NCBI RefSeq assembly: GCF_006345805.1
Contig: NC_042997.1
Coordinates: 50,840,001-50,904,000 of the forward strand
Direction of reading: 5' to 3'
Length of the DNA stretch: 64,000 nucleotides
Source: Octopus sinensis
Lineage: Eukaryota
Part shown: positions 1 to 13,038 of the stretch, in pieces
How the letters are laid out: the number at the start of each line of letters is the position of its first letter
Position numbering within the stretch: position 1 is the first letter of the stretch
Notes under the pieces: generated by a model
Databases searched by the model: none
What the model saw: the letters and a program-made list of their open reading frames with translations, nothing else
What the model was told of the DNA's origin: nothing
Program-made: the position numbers and the translations under genes

Positions 1-172
1 GAAATTTGCGTAGGCGTTATACTGAAAGACATTAGTGACAAGGTTAAGGGGTGGAAGGTGGAGAAGTAGAAGAAGAAGAAGATGACGATGTTGATGATGA
101 TGATGATGAAGAAGAAGAAGAAGAAGGAGAAGAAGAAGAAGGAGAAGGAGAAGATGGTGGTGATGATGGTGG

Positions 173-207
<35 letters not shown>

Positions 208-367
208 ATGATGATGAAGAAGAAGAGGAGAAGAAGAAGAAAAAAACAGAGAAGGGAGAATATGAATGGGTGAAAGTATAGCTGTGATGGGGCTGATTAG
301 TAATGGATTCTATGGAGTGTAATATTTGTGTGTGTATATATTTCTTTTATTCTAAAGTTGAGGTATA

Positions 368-2680
368 TTAATTGTTTGTCGTAGACCCGTTAAGAAGTGG
401 CTTGTATTTTGTAATAAAGAGATTTTCTTTACTTATTCGTTGTCTCGAGGTTGTATCGTCCCTAAATTGGTAGAGGGGGAAAATCCTGAAGTTTGGTGTT
501 TTTTTGTTGGCGCAAGTATCTATGTGTTGGCTAAAAGCTATTTTTCTGTTTTGGGGAATTTTTATCTGGGATCTGTGCAGGGCCATTCGTTTACGCAAAC
601 CATTTTTTGTTTGGCCTATGTACTGCTCTTGACACCCGGAGCAGGTTAGTGAGTATATTAGGTTCTCCGAAGCACATGTGAAGTTGCTTTTCACTGTAAA
701 CCGTTGTCCCTGTTTGAAGGAGAACTCTGATCCCTCAATTAGATAGTCGCATATCCCGCAATTGGGTCTTCCACATTTTTTTACTGTCGGCTTCTGTGTT
801 GAAGAGTGAATTCGGGCTTGTGTTAGGAGACTTTTCATGGATCTAGGCTGTCTTTTGCTTTTTATGATCGTGTGTGTTTGGAGGATTGTGTTCATTCTGT
901 GGTCTTTTTTTAGGAGGGGTATGTTGTGAGGATGGTGTCGAAGGCTTCGTTATTGAGAGGGTTGTGTGTGGAGATGTATGGTAAGGCTTTTGGTTGTAAG
1001 TTTTTCTTTGATTTGGGATGTCTCAGTTCCTTGATGTTAAGTTGAAGGGCACGTTGAATGCACTTGTCAATAAGTGAAGGTGGATAGTTCCTGGTGATAA
1101 GGGTATCTTTTAGTTCTTGTAGTCGTGTGTCTCTGGTGTTTGCGTTAGAGACTATAGTGCATATCCTTTTTGCTAGATTGAAGGGGATATTCATCCTGGT
1201 GTGTCTGGGGTGGCATGAATTGAATGGAAGATATTGCTTAGAGTCTGTAGGCTTATAGTATATGTCTGTTTCTATTATATTATTAGCTTTCTTAATGAGG
1301 ATATCGAGGAAGGGGAGTTGTTGCTGGCTATATTCCATCGTGAATTGGATGTTTACGTCCAGTCCGTTTAAAATTTCCTGGAATTCTATGAGTTTTTCTA
1401 TATTTTTATGCCAAAGGATGAAACAGTCATCTAGATATCTCTTCCAGTTGTTTTCTATGTAGATGGAGAAAGGGCTGCCATATCTTTCTAGAACCTTACG
1501 ATACAGACTGATCTCTAGGTATCCTATGACTAGGTTGGCAAAGGAGGGGGCCATTCGTGTACCCATCGCAGTCCCCGATTTTTGTCGGTAGAAGTTGTCA
1601 TTGAAGGCGAAGAAGTTATTTTCCAGGATGAATTTAACCCCTTCTATCACAAATTCTTTTTTGATGCGGTGTGGTAGTTCGTTGGCGTGATTCTCTAGCC
1701 AGAATTGGATTGCCTCTAGTCCTAGGTTGTGGGGGATATTGGAGTAGAGGTTGACTACATCGAAGGATACCAGTATGGTGTTTTTGTTTATAGTATTCGG
1801 TAGGTGATTGAGCATATCTAAGTCGTCCCTTATATAGCTTTTGACATGTTTGAGGAGTGGTTTTAACAGGGTGTCTAAAAAGTTACTGAGGCGGTGGGTT
1901 TCGCATGCGGGACCTGCTATTATGGGTCTCAATTTGAGGTCATTAGGATTAGGGACTTTAATTATTTGTCTGTAGCTATCTTGCATGCGTTGCTTATTTT
2001 TTCACTTTTGTGGATCTTAGGTATACCGTAGAATTGGCTAGTTTTACTTGTGAAATTGGTCATATAATCATATTCTTTGTCGGTGAGCCCTGCTTTGTAT
2101 GGATTTAATATGGATTTTAGTTCCCTCATTATTTTTTGTTGACTGTAGTTTTGTGCCTTTTCATAGTATGTTGTGTCTTCCAGCATAGAAAGTACCAAAG
2201 TTATGTAAAATGTCGTATCCATTAAGACAACAGCACTCCCTTTATCGGCCTCTTTGATTGTTATTGTTTTATCTTTTTTAATTTGTTCAACTCAGCCCAT
2301 TCTTTTTTGCTGAAGTTTGGTTTGTGTTTTTGTTTGTGCATATGTTGATATGGGTAATTAGATATGTGGTCACAGAAATCATCAAGTGTTTTGTTCTTAC
2401 CTTTCGAGGGGGTGTAGTTACTCCTATTTCTGGCTAACGATTCGTCCTCGTTGTATTTATCGTATAGCTCCTCAGTAAGTCTTAATTTTCTGCAGAATTC
2501 TGCGATGTCTTCTTTCATTTCGTTGTAGTTGGGGTGTTGTGGGGTGGGTGTAAACTTGAGTCCTTTGGAAAGTATGTTTATTTGGTTTGCTGTTAGTTCC
2601 TTGTGAGTTAGATTGATAATTTTTATTACTTTTGGTTCCTCCTGCTTGTTTGGTGCTATCTTGTATCTCTGTGTTTGCAT
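368..2680 (-). pseudogene. Penelope-like RT-GIY-YIG polyprotein, split by three single-base frameshifts
   Basis: Motifs LSKGLKF, IKEADKGSAVV (DKG), LRPII, SFDVVNLYSNIP, GTAMGTRMAPSFANL, RYLDDCF, LPFLD, CGRPNCGIC linker, NLIYSLTC..C..YIGQT, KENLFI. No in-frame stops seen once the frames are joined. Confidence 0.92.
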
Positions 2681-3942
2681 ATTGGGTCTAAAAAATGAAT
2701 GCGGTGGTTGGGACGGTAGCTATTATATAGTTGTTCTTTGTTGATGTGGGGTCTCCTGTTGTGATTTATGGTGTGTGTTCTTGGAGCAGTATTGAGGAGA
2801 GCATCCCGATATCCCATATTCGGGTGTGGTGTTCTAGGGGGCCTTCGTTGGTAGTCATTGTAAGTGGAGTGGGTTTGTTGTGCATGGTTGTTTAACCGGT
2901 TTATGGGGCGGAGATTTCGTTGGTAACTCTTTTGGGTGGGGATAAGGTTGCAGTGTCTATGCTGTGGGTGTTGATTTATCCTTTCTCTGCTTGAAGTGGG
3001 GGTATTCCTGATATTGTAACGCTGGCTGCTTAAAGAGTTAGGGTTAGGCCCTGTATTCTTTTTTTGAAAGTAGTGAAGGTTCCGATTTTTAGACAGGTGT
3101 GTATCGGTGTTTGGGTGTTGTTTTGGTTTTCTTATTTTCTGGAAAGGGTTGTTGGAGGCGTGCTCTGTTTGAAAGACCGCTTCATAGTCTGAGAACCAAA
3201 TGGCGTTTTTCTCCCAGCGTTGGAGAGATTTTAGTTCTTCTTTTTCACAGTCCTCTTTCCATAGTTTGGAGAACTTCTCTTGATCTGGGCCTTGGGTCAT
3301 TTTGCGAATTTCTTCCTTGATATCTTCATCGGTGGATTTTATTTTATCCTCATTCGTTTGGGCCCTCAATTTCAGAAGTTCTATTTCCATTTTCATTTTT
3401 TCCAGTGCCATTCTCTCCCTGAGGTGTCTTTGTGTTTCAGGTTCCTCTGTAATAGCTTTGAACTGGAATTTACGTGGGAGGATTAACGGAGTCCGGTTGA
3501 GCCATTTTTCGTATATATCCGCTTTGTTGTTGTTTTGGATCATCTTCCAAAAGGCGAACTTTCTATCTCTGAGTGATTTGTTCCATTGTGGTATTATGTG
3601 TTGTTTCATTTGGTATGTTGTTAGAGTATTGATCCCATATATTGACGCGTTTGGAGGTCCTTGGTTAGCGTTGTTAGAGAAAAATGTTCTAATTGTTTCG
3701 CATAAGTTTCCAAGGTTTTCGACAATTTCGGAGGTTGTATTTTTCGTATCTGTTTCCTCATTGTTCTCTCGATTGGGTTGATGTGTCGAGTCGAATTTGT
3801 TCAAAAATGTTGACAAATTTGTGTTGATTTTCTTGAGTTCTTTCAGTATTTCTTCATTTATGGAGGCGATTGTGTCTGTTTTTGTCGGCATTTTCTGTAT
3901 CTCGTGTGGGTTAATGATATGTATAAGGGTGGAAAGGAACAC
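2656..3942 (-). CDS. Penelope-like element N-terminal ORF1-like region (coiled-coil-like, basic)
   Basis: 428-aa open frame directly upstream of the RT frame, with a helical heptad-like stretch (ERMALEKMKMEIELLKLRAQTNEDKIK). First ATG gives MPTKTD. Confidence 0.7.
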   Translation of the reverse strand: MFLSTLIHIINPHEIQKMPTKTDTIASINEEILKELKKINTNLSTFLNKFDSTHQPNRENNEETDTKNTTSEIVENLGNLCETIRTFFSNNANQGPPNASIYGINTLTTYQMKQHIIPQWNKSLRDRKFAFWKMIQNNNKADIYEKWLNRTPLILPRKFQFKAITEEPETQRHLRERMALEKMKMEIELLKLRAQTNEDKIKSTDEDIKEEIRKMTQGPDQEKFSKLWKEDCEKEELKSLQRWEKNAIWFSDYEAVFQTEHASNNPFQKIRKPKQHPNTDTHLSKNRNLHYFQKKNTGPNPNSLSSQRYNIRNTPTSSRERINQHPQHRHCNLIPTQKSYQRNLRPINRLNNHAQQTHSTYNDYQRRPPRTPHPNMGYRDALLNTAPRTHTINHNRRPHINKEQLYNSYRPNHRIHFLDPICKHRDTR

Positions 3943-4011
3943 ACGAGTTGATATATATGAAAAAACAAGTCAAAAATAGAAAATGGTAAGATAATTTTAT
4001 AGTGAATTTTT

Positions 4012-4049
4012 CAGTACCGGTTTCGGTCATTTTGAGACCTTTTCAACTG
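4012..4049 (-). ncRNA. Minimal type I hammerhead ribozyme, U3-A8 variant (5' pLTR copy)
   Basis: Minus strand reads CAG UUGAAAA GGUC ucaaaau GACC GAA ACCGGU A CUG: stem I, core, stem II, palindromic stem III, UA cleavage site. Confidence 0.72.
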
Positions 4050-5191
4050 TAACGATTAAATAATTAAATTTAGAAAAATTAGAAGAAAAGTTTTTTTAAA
4101 AGAATATTTCTGTAGTAGTGTTCAGATATAAGTAGCATTCTGCCTTTCTCTGACTCCCTTGTTTGCACTTGTGTGTTCGAGGTCGTTTTGAGTTCTTGGT
4201 AGGATAGGTGAAGAATAAGGAGGCTGATGTGGAGAGGGGGTGGGGAAATCTGGGAATGCCTTAATGGTCGTATTTTGAATGGTCAGTGGCTGACAGTAGT
4301 CGCAGCTCAATTCAGGAATTGTTTCCGTAAACGAATGGCCCTGCACAGATCCCAGATAAAAATTCCCCAAAACAGAAAAATAGCTTTTAGCCAACACATA
4401 GTTACTTGCGCCAACAAAAAAACACCAAACTTCAGGATTTTCCCCCTCTACCAATTTAGGGACGATACAACCTCGAGACAACGAATAAGTAAAGAAAATC
4501 TCTTTATTACAAAATACAAGCCACTTCTTAACGGGTCTACGACAAACAATTAATATACCTCAACTTTAGAATAAAAGAAATATATACACACACAAATATT
4601 ACACTCCATAGAATCCATTACTAATCAGCCCCATCACAGCTATACTTTCACCCATTCATATTCTCCCTTCTCTGTTTTTTTCTTCTTCTTCTCCCTCTTC
4701 TTCTTCATCATCATCATTATCATCATCATCGTCGTCATCATCATCATCACCACCATCATCACCACCATCTTCTCCTTCTCCTTCTCCTTCTTCTTCTTCT
4801 TCTTCTTCTTCATCATCATCATCAACATCGTCATCTTCTTCTTCTTCTACTTCTCCACCTTCCACCCCTTAACCTTGTCACTAATGTCTTTCAGTATAAC
4901 GCCTACGCAAATTCCATAAACAATTCCTGAATTGAACTGCGACTACTGTCAGCCACTGACCATTCAAAATACGACCATTAAGGCATTCCCAGATTTCCCC
5001 ACCCCCTCTCCACATCAGCTCCTTATTCTTCACCTATCCTACCAAGAACTCAAAACGACCTCGAACACGCAAGTGCAAACAAGGGAGTCAGAGAAAGGCA
5101 GAATGCTACTTATATCTGAACACTACTACAGAAATATTCTTTTAAAAAAACTTTTCTTCTAATTTTTCTAAATTTAATTATTTAATCGTTA

Positions 5192-5229
5192 CAGTTGAAA
5201 AGGTCTCAAAATGACCGAAACCGGTACTG
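5192..5229 (+). ncRNA. Minimal type I hammerhead ribozyme, U3-A8 variant (inverted copy)
   Basis: CAG TTGAAAA GGTC TCAAAAT GACC GAA ACCGGT A CTG. A third copy lacking the 5' half of the core begins at 5531. Confidence 0.72.
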
Positions 5230-5336
5230 AAAGATTCACTATAAAATTATCTTAGCATTTTCTATTTTTGACTTGTTTTTTCATATATATCAACTCGTGT
5301 GTTCCTTTCCACCCTTATACATATATATATATATGT

Positions 5337-5382
<46 letters not shown>

Positions 5383-5610
5383 GTGAGCGTGTGTTTCTGT
5401 GTGCCTGTCTGTCTCTGTGTTTATGTTTATATAATTTTAAAACCAGTGTTGTTATCTCTGTCTCATAGCTTAATAGTTCGACAAATTCCGGGTAATGAAT
5501 TTATTACTGAGGCCGATATTATAAATTCACGTCTCAAAATGACCGAAACCGGTACTGAAAGATTCACTATAAAATTATCTTAGCATTTTCTATTTTTGAC
5601 TTGTTTTTTC

Positions 5611-5946
5611 ATATATATATATATATATATACATATATACATATATACATACATATGATATATATACATACATATAATACATATACATACATACGTGTAT
5701 AAGTATATATACATATATACATTCATGTATGTATGTATGTATGTATGTATGTATGTATGTATGTATGCATGCATGTATGTATGTATGTATGTATGTATGT
5801 ATGTATGTATGTATGTATGTATGTATGCATGCATGCATGCATGTATGTATGCATGTATGTATGTATGTATGTATGTATGTATGTATGTATGTATGTATGT
5901 ATGTATGTATGTATGTATGTATGTATGTATGTATGCATGCATGTAT
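5611..5946. repeat. (TA)n/(TATG)n microsatellite block
   Basis: Directly visible simple repeats. Confidence 0.95.
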
Positions 5947-6199
5947 GGGAGACACTTGCTGCCGACCGCTCATCCTGGCGCAGCGCAATCACCACAGGAG
6001 CAGGGACAGCCGAGGAGGGACGGATTCGGTCAGCGGAGCAGAAACGCCAGATGCGGAAAGTAGCACGGCCCTACCCACTTCTGCCCCACCTGTGGGAGGG
6101 GCTTCTTTGCCCGGATTGGCCTCACCAGCCACCTCCGGTCTCATAGCGGCAGTTCCACCAGATGATGTCAGTGGTCACCTTCGAACCCGAAGGACGAAC
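5945..6199 (+). mobile_element. RTE/BovB-like LINE 3' fragment
   Basis: WETLAADRSSWRSAI...KRQMRK followed in another frame by CPTCGRGFFARIGLTSHLRSH (C2H2 finger typical of RTE C-termini), flanked by microsatellites. Confidence 0.8.
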
Positions 6200-6213
6200 A
6201 TATATATATATGC

Positions 6214-6244
<31 letters not shown>

Positions 6245-8268
6245 TGTATGTATACTTCACTTTTTAAATTTAGAGTAAATTTTGACCGGCCACCTACTTG
6301 GTAATAATGTTGTGAAGGAAAGTATCTTGTTTTAATCATCATCCTTTAAATCTTAAGAAGGTCTTGCAGATTTTTATAGTCCCAGATGTCATGATCATTT
6401 GTAACATATGATTTAAGGGTTTGCATTCAAGGATATTCAGCTGCTATGTCTGACAAGTTGGACAAACACGTAATATCGTGGCCGCTCACTCGACCTATTT
6501 GAAAGAGTCGGAAAATATCCCTCAAGTAATACCCTGTCATCTTAAAAAGAGCACATTACACAATACAGTCTGAGACACAGTATCCGTGAAAATAAGAAAG
6601 TAAAGAATTGAAAGACTTAGGATTTGCTTAACCAGAACTTGACTGATGGGCTACACAATAGCAAAACAGAAACAAAGTAAACGAAAGTATAATACAACTC
6701 AATAGGACTAATAATTCTTTCTAATTCTTAGAACTAGGCCAGTAATTTTAAAGGGAGGTAAGATGGCTATACCAACTCTTGTATTAAATTGGTTCTTACT
6801 TGATCCACCCCGAAAGGATAAAAGACGAACTCAATCTCAGCTGTATTTAAACTCAGAATGTAAAGTGCCGGAAGAAATGTTATGAAGAATTTGGAAGGAG
6901 TGATAATGATTCTGCCAGTTCACTTCATTTAACGGCTTCAAATTCTGGAACAGGGCCAGTAGCTTTGAGGAAAAGAAGTCGATTATATCGAACCCCAGTA
7001 CTTCACTGGTACTTATTTTATCAACCCCGAAAGGATGAAAGGCAAAGTCAAGCACAGTGGAATTAAACCTCAGAACGTAAAGATGGACGAAATACCGCTA
7101 TGCATTTTGTCCGCCAGCTGATTCTACCAGCTCACCTCGTTTAGAATAAAACAAATAAGAAATTCTATAAAATGAAAGCAGAGTCAAAAGGTTCTTTAAT
7201 GTTATTGTGCCAATCGTAGCATTCTAAACGAGAAAGAAAAGACGTATTCCATCTGTGATAGGAAACAAGGGCAATCGGAGAAGCTTCTTGAACACTCATC
7301 ACAGACATAAATGTGGAGCATCCATATATTGTTAAAAACAATTTCTTCCCAGTGCTAAAACTCTAACACTACTTTTGTGATGTGATGTTGGAAATGTAAT
7401 AAGGCTCGAGGTATAGGTTATAAACAAAAAGATAGACTTAAGTAAACATGGTGAACCCCTGAACTTTGAAAGTTGAAGTGAGAGTAAATATATATGTATG
7501 TTGAAAAGTGTAGAAGTAATGTCTGAAATAGCAGTAAGTTTTTGGCAGCAGTGATCGCAGTGAAATGAAAGGAAAACCGATTACTCCCCCTTCCTTCTTC
7601 CTCTCTGTCATAAGCAATCATTCATAAATTCCTGCAATGTGGAGGAATTTATTATTGAGATAATAAAAATGTCTAGAAGGTAAATAGAGTGTATGAATCT
7701 TTCCCTAACAGAAAACAGAAAGATATGAGAGAAATTACGAACCTTTCCTAAATGAAAACAGAAAAAACAATAATTTTTTCTGCATCTGGAATGGTTTAAG
7801 GTGAGAAAAACTAAAGTTCATCTTAATTAGTAACAAAAAAGAAAACCAAAGAGGGAGCTTCTACATAGTAACTAGTGACTAGATTTGCTAGAAATAGCAG
7901 CTTAAGTACCCTCAAATCATTACAGATCGTCTTAAATAAGGAACGGACAGCATGAATAATATACTCACTTCTACACATAAGTCTAAAAAAACGAGATAGT
8001 CACGACTAGAATGTCTTTTGGATTGTAAATGCGCTCGATCAGGGTTTGAGGTAGCGCTAAATAATAGGTTCTGACTTAGTCACAGGGCCAACAGTTTTGA
8101 GGGACAGGGGTTAGTAACATCGACTCTAGTACTAGACTTGTATTTTATTTTATCGACCTCGAAAGGATGAAAGGAAAAGTTGACCTCGGCCGGAATGGAA
8201 CTCAGAGCATAAAAAGCCGAACGCTTTAAAGATTCTGCTGAGTAACAGTTTATACATATGTTATTAAG

Positions 8269-8305
<37 letters not shown>

Positions 8306-9041
8306 TATGATAAAAGAAGGGATTATTTCACATGTGTTTTGAGCGTGATGGGAAAGGTTATATAACGTAAAGGTGATGCACAGAAATGAAAAATAATCTC
8401 AGAACAATACAAAAAGGAACCTTATTATTTTGAGGAATGTGGAAACACCTCCTAACCACTATTCTTTCCAAATCTACTCTGACCTGGAGTAGTAGCACCT
8501 GCTAGAGTCTCACCTATGGTTTAATTAGGATATGAGCGCAGGGACGTTGAAATATTTGGGTTGGTGTCCGAGAGTGCAATATGCCTACTGTGAGTGAGGG
8601 AGCCGGGTCTGTTAAATCATCCCTCTAGGAGAAAGATAACTGTATAAAAAATCCGATGCTCTAGTGAGACGGATACAGTGTATTTTGCTTCTGTCTAGGT
8701 TCCTTACTATTGCTACTAATTGCCGTTGTCGCTTTGTGCAAGCCGCACCAGACTTAGAACCCATGCATGGGCATTGCTGACGTTACCTGTCAGCGATGGT
8801 CGTGCTCGTCTAACGAGTAGACAGCCTATATATATATATATATATATATATAATAATAATAAATATTAGGGAATAAATCCAAATTTACAGGGAAAAATCA
8901 GATTTAGGATTGAATCCAATTTTATAGTAAAATATAATATAATATTAATTAGAGACAAAACCACTATTATGCAAATCAAACAAAGAAAGACTTAATCCAA
9001 TACATAAAAAATTTTATATAAATTAAATATAATTAAGATAT

Positions 9042-9087
9042 CCACTACGATCGTTTCTTGTCACTTCTATGGACATTCATCAGGTGG
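9042..9087 (-). ncRNA. Type I hammerhead ribozyme, canonical core
   Basis: Minus strand reads CCAC CUGAUGA AUGUC cauagaagu GACAA GAA ACGAUCGU A GUGG, with one mismatch at the base of stem II. Confidence 0.78.
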
Positions 9088-10680
9088 TTTCAAGACCTAA
9101 AATATAATCAATATTTTTAAGATATAAATTTGAAATGACTAATATATATAAAATATAAAATTATCAATGAAAATATATATAATCAAGAACTAAAATAACC
9201 TCTATAAACAATTGTATATAATGAAACCTAGTATTTAAATTCTCATATTTAAAGATGAAATAGCTAATTTCAAAAAACAAAAAACAAAAAATAAAAAATA
9301 TATATACACACATGATCATGCACATATATCCATGTATGTATATAAACATATCTAAATACTTACACAAACTCACACACACATATATATATCTATACATACA
9401 CATAAACATATAGACAAAGATAAATTTATAATGTAGCTGTATACTTCTACACATTGCTTATTCATACTCCCACACACACACATACAATCACTCATTCATA
9501 AACATATTCTCTCAACATGATACTAACACAGAGGAAATATAACATCCAGTAGCCGCAGATACTCAACCACAAACTTATATAAATATTTCATTCTTAGTAA
9601 AATATTATTAAATACTATATACTATATATATGTAATAAACATATATAAATACGTAAACAAACACACACACATATATATATTCTATATACTATATGCATGT
9701 AATAAACATATATAAATACGTAAACAAACACACACACACACGTAAATATTTATACATACACAAATACATAAAGACAATATTTCTACACATTAATAATGCA
9801 TACTCACACACACACACATACAATCATTCATACATAACCGTATTCACACTGCAATACTCTAACACAGAGGGGAAACAAATCCAGTAGACACAGATACTCA
9901 GCTACATACTTATAGGAATAATCCTTACTTAGTAATATATTATTAAAAAATACTATCATTACTATAAACAAATTTATGAATGGGAATATTATCGTATATA
10001 AAATTATTCTATTATTAAACATAGCCTAAACCATTTTAAATCGAAACCTATCTATTTATCAAAGTTTGTCTAAATTATTTAATAACTAATAACAAAGAAA
10101 ATTACGATAAATAGATCACTACATAAACAGCAAGATTAACATAAGGAGAATATTATTATTCAAAGGCTTACACATATTAAAAATTACAATTTGGAGATCT
10201 TAAAAAAAAGTACGTACCTTCTATGCAATTTTGAACTATGAAGTGAATTTGAATGACAAACGTCTTACAGCGTTTAAGAAATTACGTTATCAACAGAAAT
10301 AGAATAAATTTTTAATAAATTCTTTGCGCGTGATGAACCAACTTTATTTTAAAGATTATGAATGGAATAATATGTTTATCATCGTAAATAGAATGAATTT
10401 ACTAAAATATTCTTTAATAAAACAAACATGATAAACAAACCCAAACAAAACAAATATAATGATCAAAACCACCCATTACCAGATACACAAGAGCAAACCT
10501 ATATAGCAATCCCCCCATCTATACATTCACACATATATACACACACATATTTACACACACCCACACGCATATACATATACACACTCTCACATACATATAC
10601 ATACGTACAATACTCGATATATACACCAATATATTCACACCCACACTCATACAAATAAATAAATACATATACATCCATAA

Positions 10681-10711
<31 letters not shown>

Positions 10712-11812
10712 TCAAATACTCATATATATAAAAACACACACATTCACAAAAAAATAAGTATGAGTGTGTACACGCATACGGGTGCAAACGCGCGCACATG
10801 CAAGCATGCATGTATACATGTGCATGCACAAGCACACGCATGTACATGTGCACGCATGTACATGTGCACGCATGCACACCCGCATCTACACATACACTAG
10901 TACACGCGCACACGTGCACACACGCACATGCTCATGCATATTCACGGACACCCCCCCATACATCTATATATACGTATGTATGGCTACATCACAATCTCAC
11001 CCAGCATAAATAAATCTGCCATGATCACCATTCCCAATCTATAATACAAGGGGATTGGAAACATTCACAATATGTAGGGGACAACCATCCAAATGCACCC
11101 CTATGCATTCAACAACATGTGGCTCCCATTCATCCAATTCAACCCGTATCAGGTTATACCCATATCAGCCATAAATTAATATTATAGTATAATATATGAA
11201 TGTAAATAAACTTATCTAAATACGTACACATCCACATACATATATATATATATCTATGCATACACATATACAAGACACAGATATAATATTCATTAAAAAT
11301 ATAGACACAGATATAATATTCATTAAAAATAACCATGATAATGAAACCCACATAAAAAATTAAATGACTAAAACCAACAATTATTAAATACACAATACAA
11401 ATCTATATAGCAATACCCCCACACTATAAACTATTTCCCACACCCCCACATCCCAACCTAAGACTAATATTCATAACAAACCCATATACTACACAAAACA
11501 TTTATAGTACAACCACACACACGCATACACAATATAATAAAATACCAAACTCACACATGCACATATACATATATACATATATACACATACACATGCACAA
11601 ATACGTATATACACACACACACATCTACATACATATACATATACATACACATATACACATATATACTCACATACTTTCATATACATATATACACACACAT
11701 GTACACACACCTACACCACACACATATACATACTCATACATACTTATACATACATACAATACTCGATATATACAGCAATATATATACACGCCCACACCAT
11801 CCAAATAAATAA

Positions 11813-11854
<42 letters not shown>

Positions 11855-12269
11855 CAACAAATACTCATATATACAAACACACACATTCACATAAATTATA
11901 AATAAATATATATAAATGTCTATATACTACAATACATAATAGAGGTAAATAATAAAATAAAATAAATAAAATAAATAAAATAAATCTAAAATAAATCTAA
12001 AATAAATAAAATTGTAACTTACCAGACTCAATATTCAATAAACAGTTATATTTAATATACATTAATAAGAAATTAATTAATACAATGAAAAACCATCTAT
12101 AATCTAACTATAATTAAAACCTAAACTACATAACTAAAATAAATTATTATAAAAATAAAAAGTACTCTAAACATTTAAAATTTATAATACTAGAACAAAA
12201 CCTATAATAGGGAGCTATTTAATATTAATAAATAATTATTATTTATCATGAAACTTATTATATAAGTAA

Positions 12270-12700
12270 AGTAACCTGTGTCTGCATTTTATTTTGCGCT
12301 CTTCACCTGTATTCAGTAAATTATAATACCTATAAATAAAATTTCCTTAAACTCATTAGCGCACAAATAACAAAAATTCACTCCTATAGTATATGATTTA
12401 GTTTTACAAATTATTTCCCAAGATAAGTTATAATTAATATTTTGTGATTTAAGTCTCCAAATGTACTTGCTAAGTCCAGTGGAGTTGATTAAGTTTTTAT
12501 TTTTAAAAGAATTCAGATGTTGTGCGATTCTTAATTTTATTTTAGAGGAAGTAGACCCTATATAAATCGCTTTTGGGTAATTATTATTCTTAAAATTATT
12601 ATCATGTAATGTAACTATACATTTATACACTACATCATTAATATCGCATTTATTATTTAATTTACATTTAGATTTATCTCTACAAGTACAGTTAATATAT
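12270..12700 (-). pseudogene. GIY-YIG endonuclease of a Penelope-like element (possibly Hydra-type clade)
   Basis: CTCRDKSKCKLNNKC..DVVYKC...IYIGST..KLRIAQH..STGLSKYIW..CYLCANE, with KCRH further on in another frame. Clade assignment is tentative. Confidence 0.8.
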
Positions 12701-13038
12701 GTCTTATCTTTATTATTAGTATTATTAAATAATTTATTTTTGTAAAAATTATTCAGTTTAAATTTGTTAAATGAAGAAATAATGTTACCTACATTATTAG
12801 TGGAATAACCTACTCCAAAATTATTACTAGAAAATAAGGTAAATAAGAATAAAATTTGGTTAATAGTTCCTTACGGTGATCAAGTTAAAACCAACATTAT
12901 TAAAGAGATTTTAGATATTATCGAACTTTTTATTCGAGATAATCGTAAATATAAAAACATTTTCTCTAGTAATAATTTTGGAGTAGGTTATTCCACCACT
13001 AATAATGTAGGTAACATTATTTCTTCATTTAACAAATT

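Larger units (their letters stand above)
1..5320 (-). mobile_element. Penelope-like retroelement (Neptune-like), near full length, with inverted 5'-truncated copy/pseudo-LTR
   Basis: Minus-strand ORF chain encodes PLE RT and GIY-YIG. About 3-600 is the reverse complement of about 4325-4913, and about 3917-4324 is the reverse complement of about 4918-5320. Hammerhead motif in the repeated segment. The 3' end runs off the window. Confidence 0.93.
8850..13038 (-). mobile_element. Second Penelope-like element, 5'-truncated with inverted 5' end and very long simple-repeat-rich 3' region
   Basis: GIY-YIG remnant at about 12270-12700, linker segment inverted at 12836-13038, hammerhead at 9042-9087 near the 3' end, inserted in (TA)n. 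Confidence 0.75.

Noticed and set aside
51-281. Poly-acidic and poly-Met/Lys ORFs (also 4640-4865)
   Set aside because: Translations of a (GAA)n/(GAT)n tract in the PLE 3' region, duplicated by the inverted repeat.
4227-4553. Separate 108-aa gene
   Set aside because: Chimeric frame across the inversion junction; it is the duplicated GIY-YIG C-terminus.
5580-6304. Many 60-190 aa ORFs of [12 protein letters not shown] type here and across the window
   Set aside because: Stop-free microsatellite translations.
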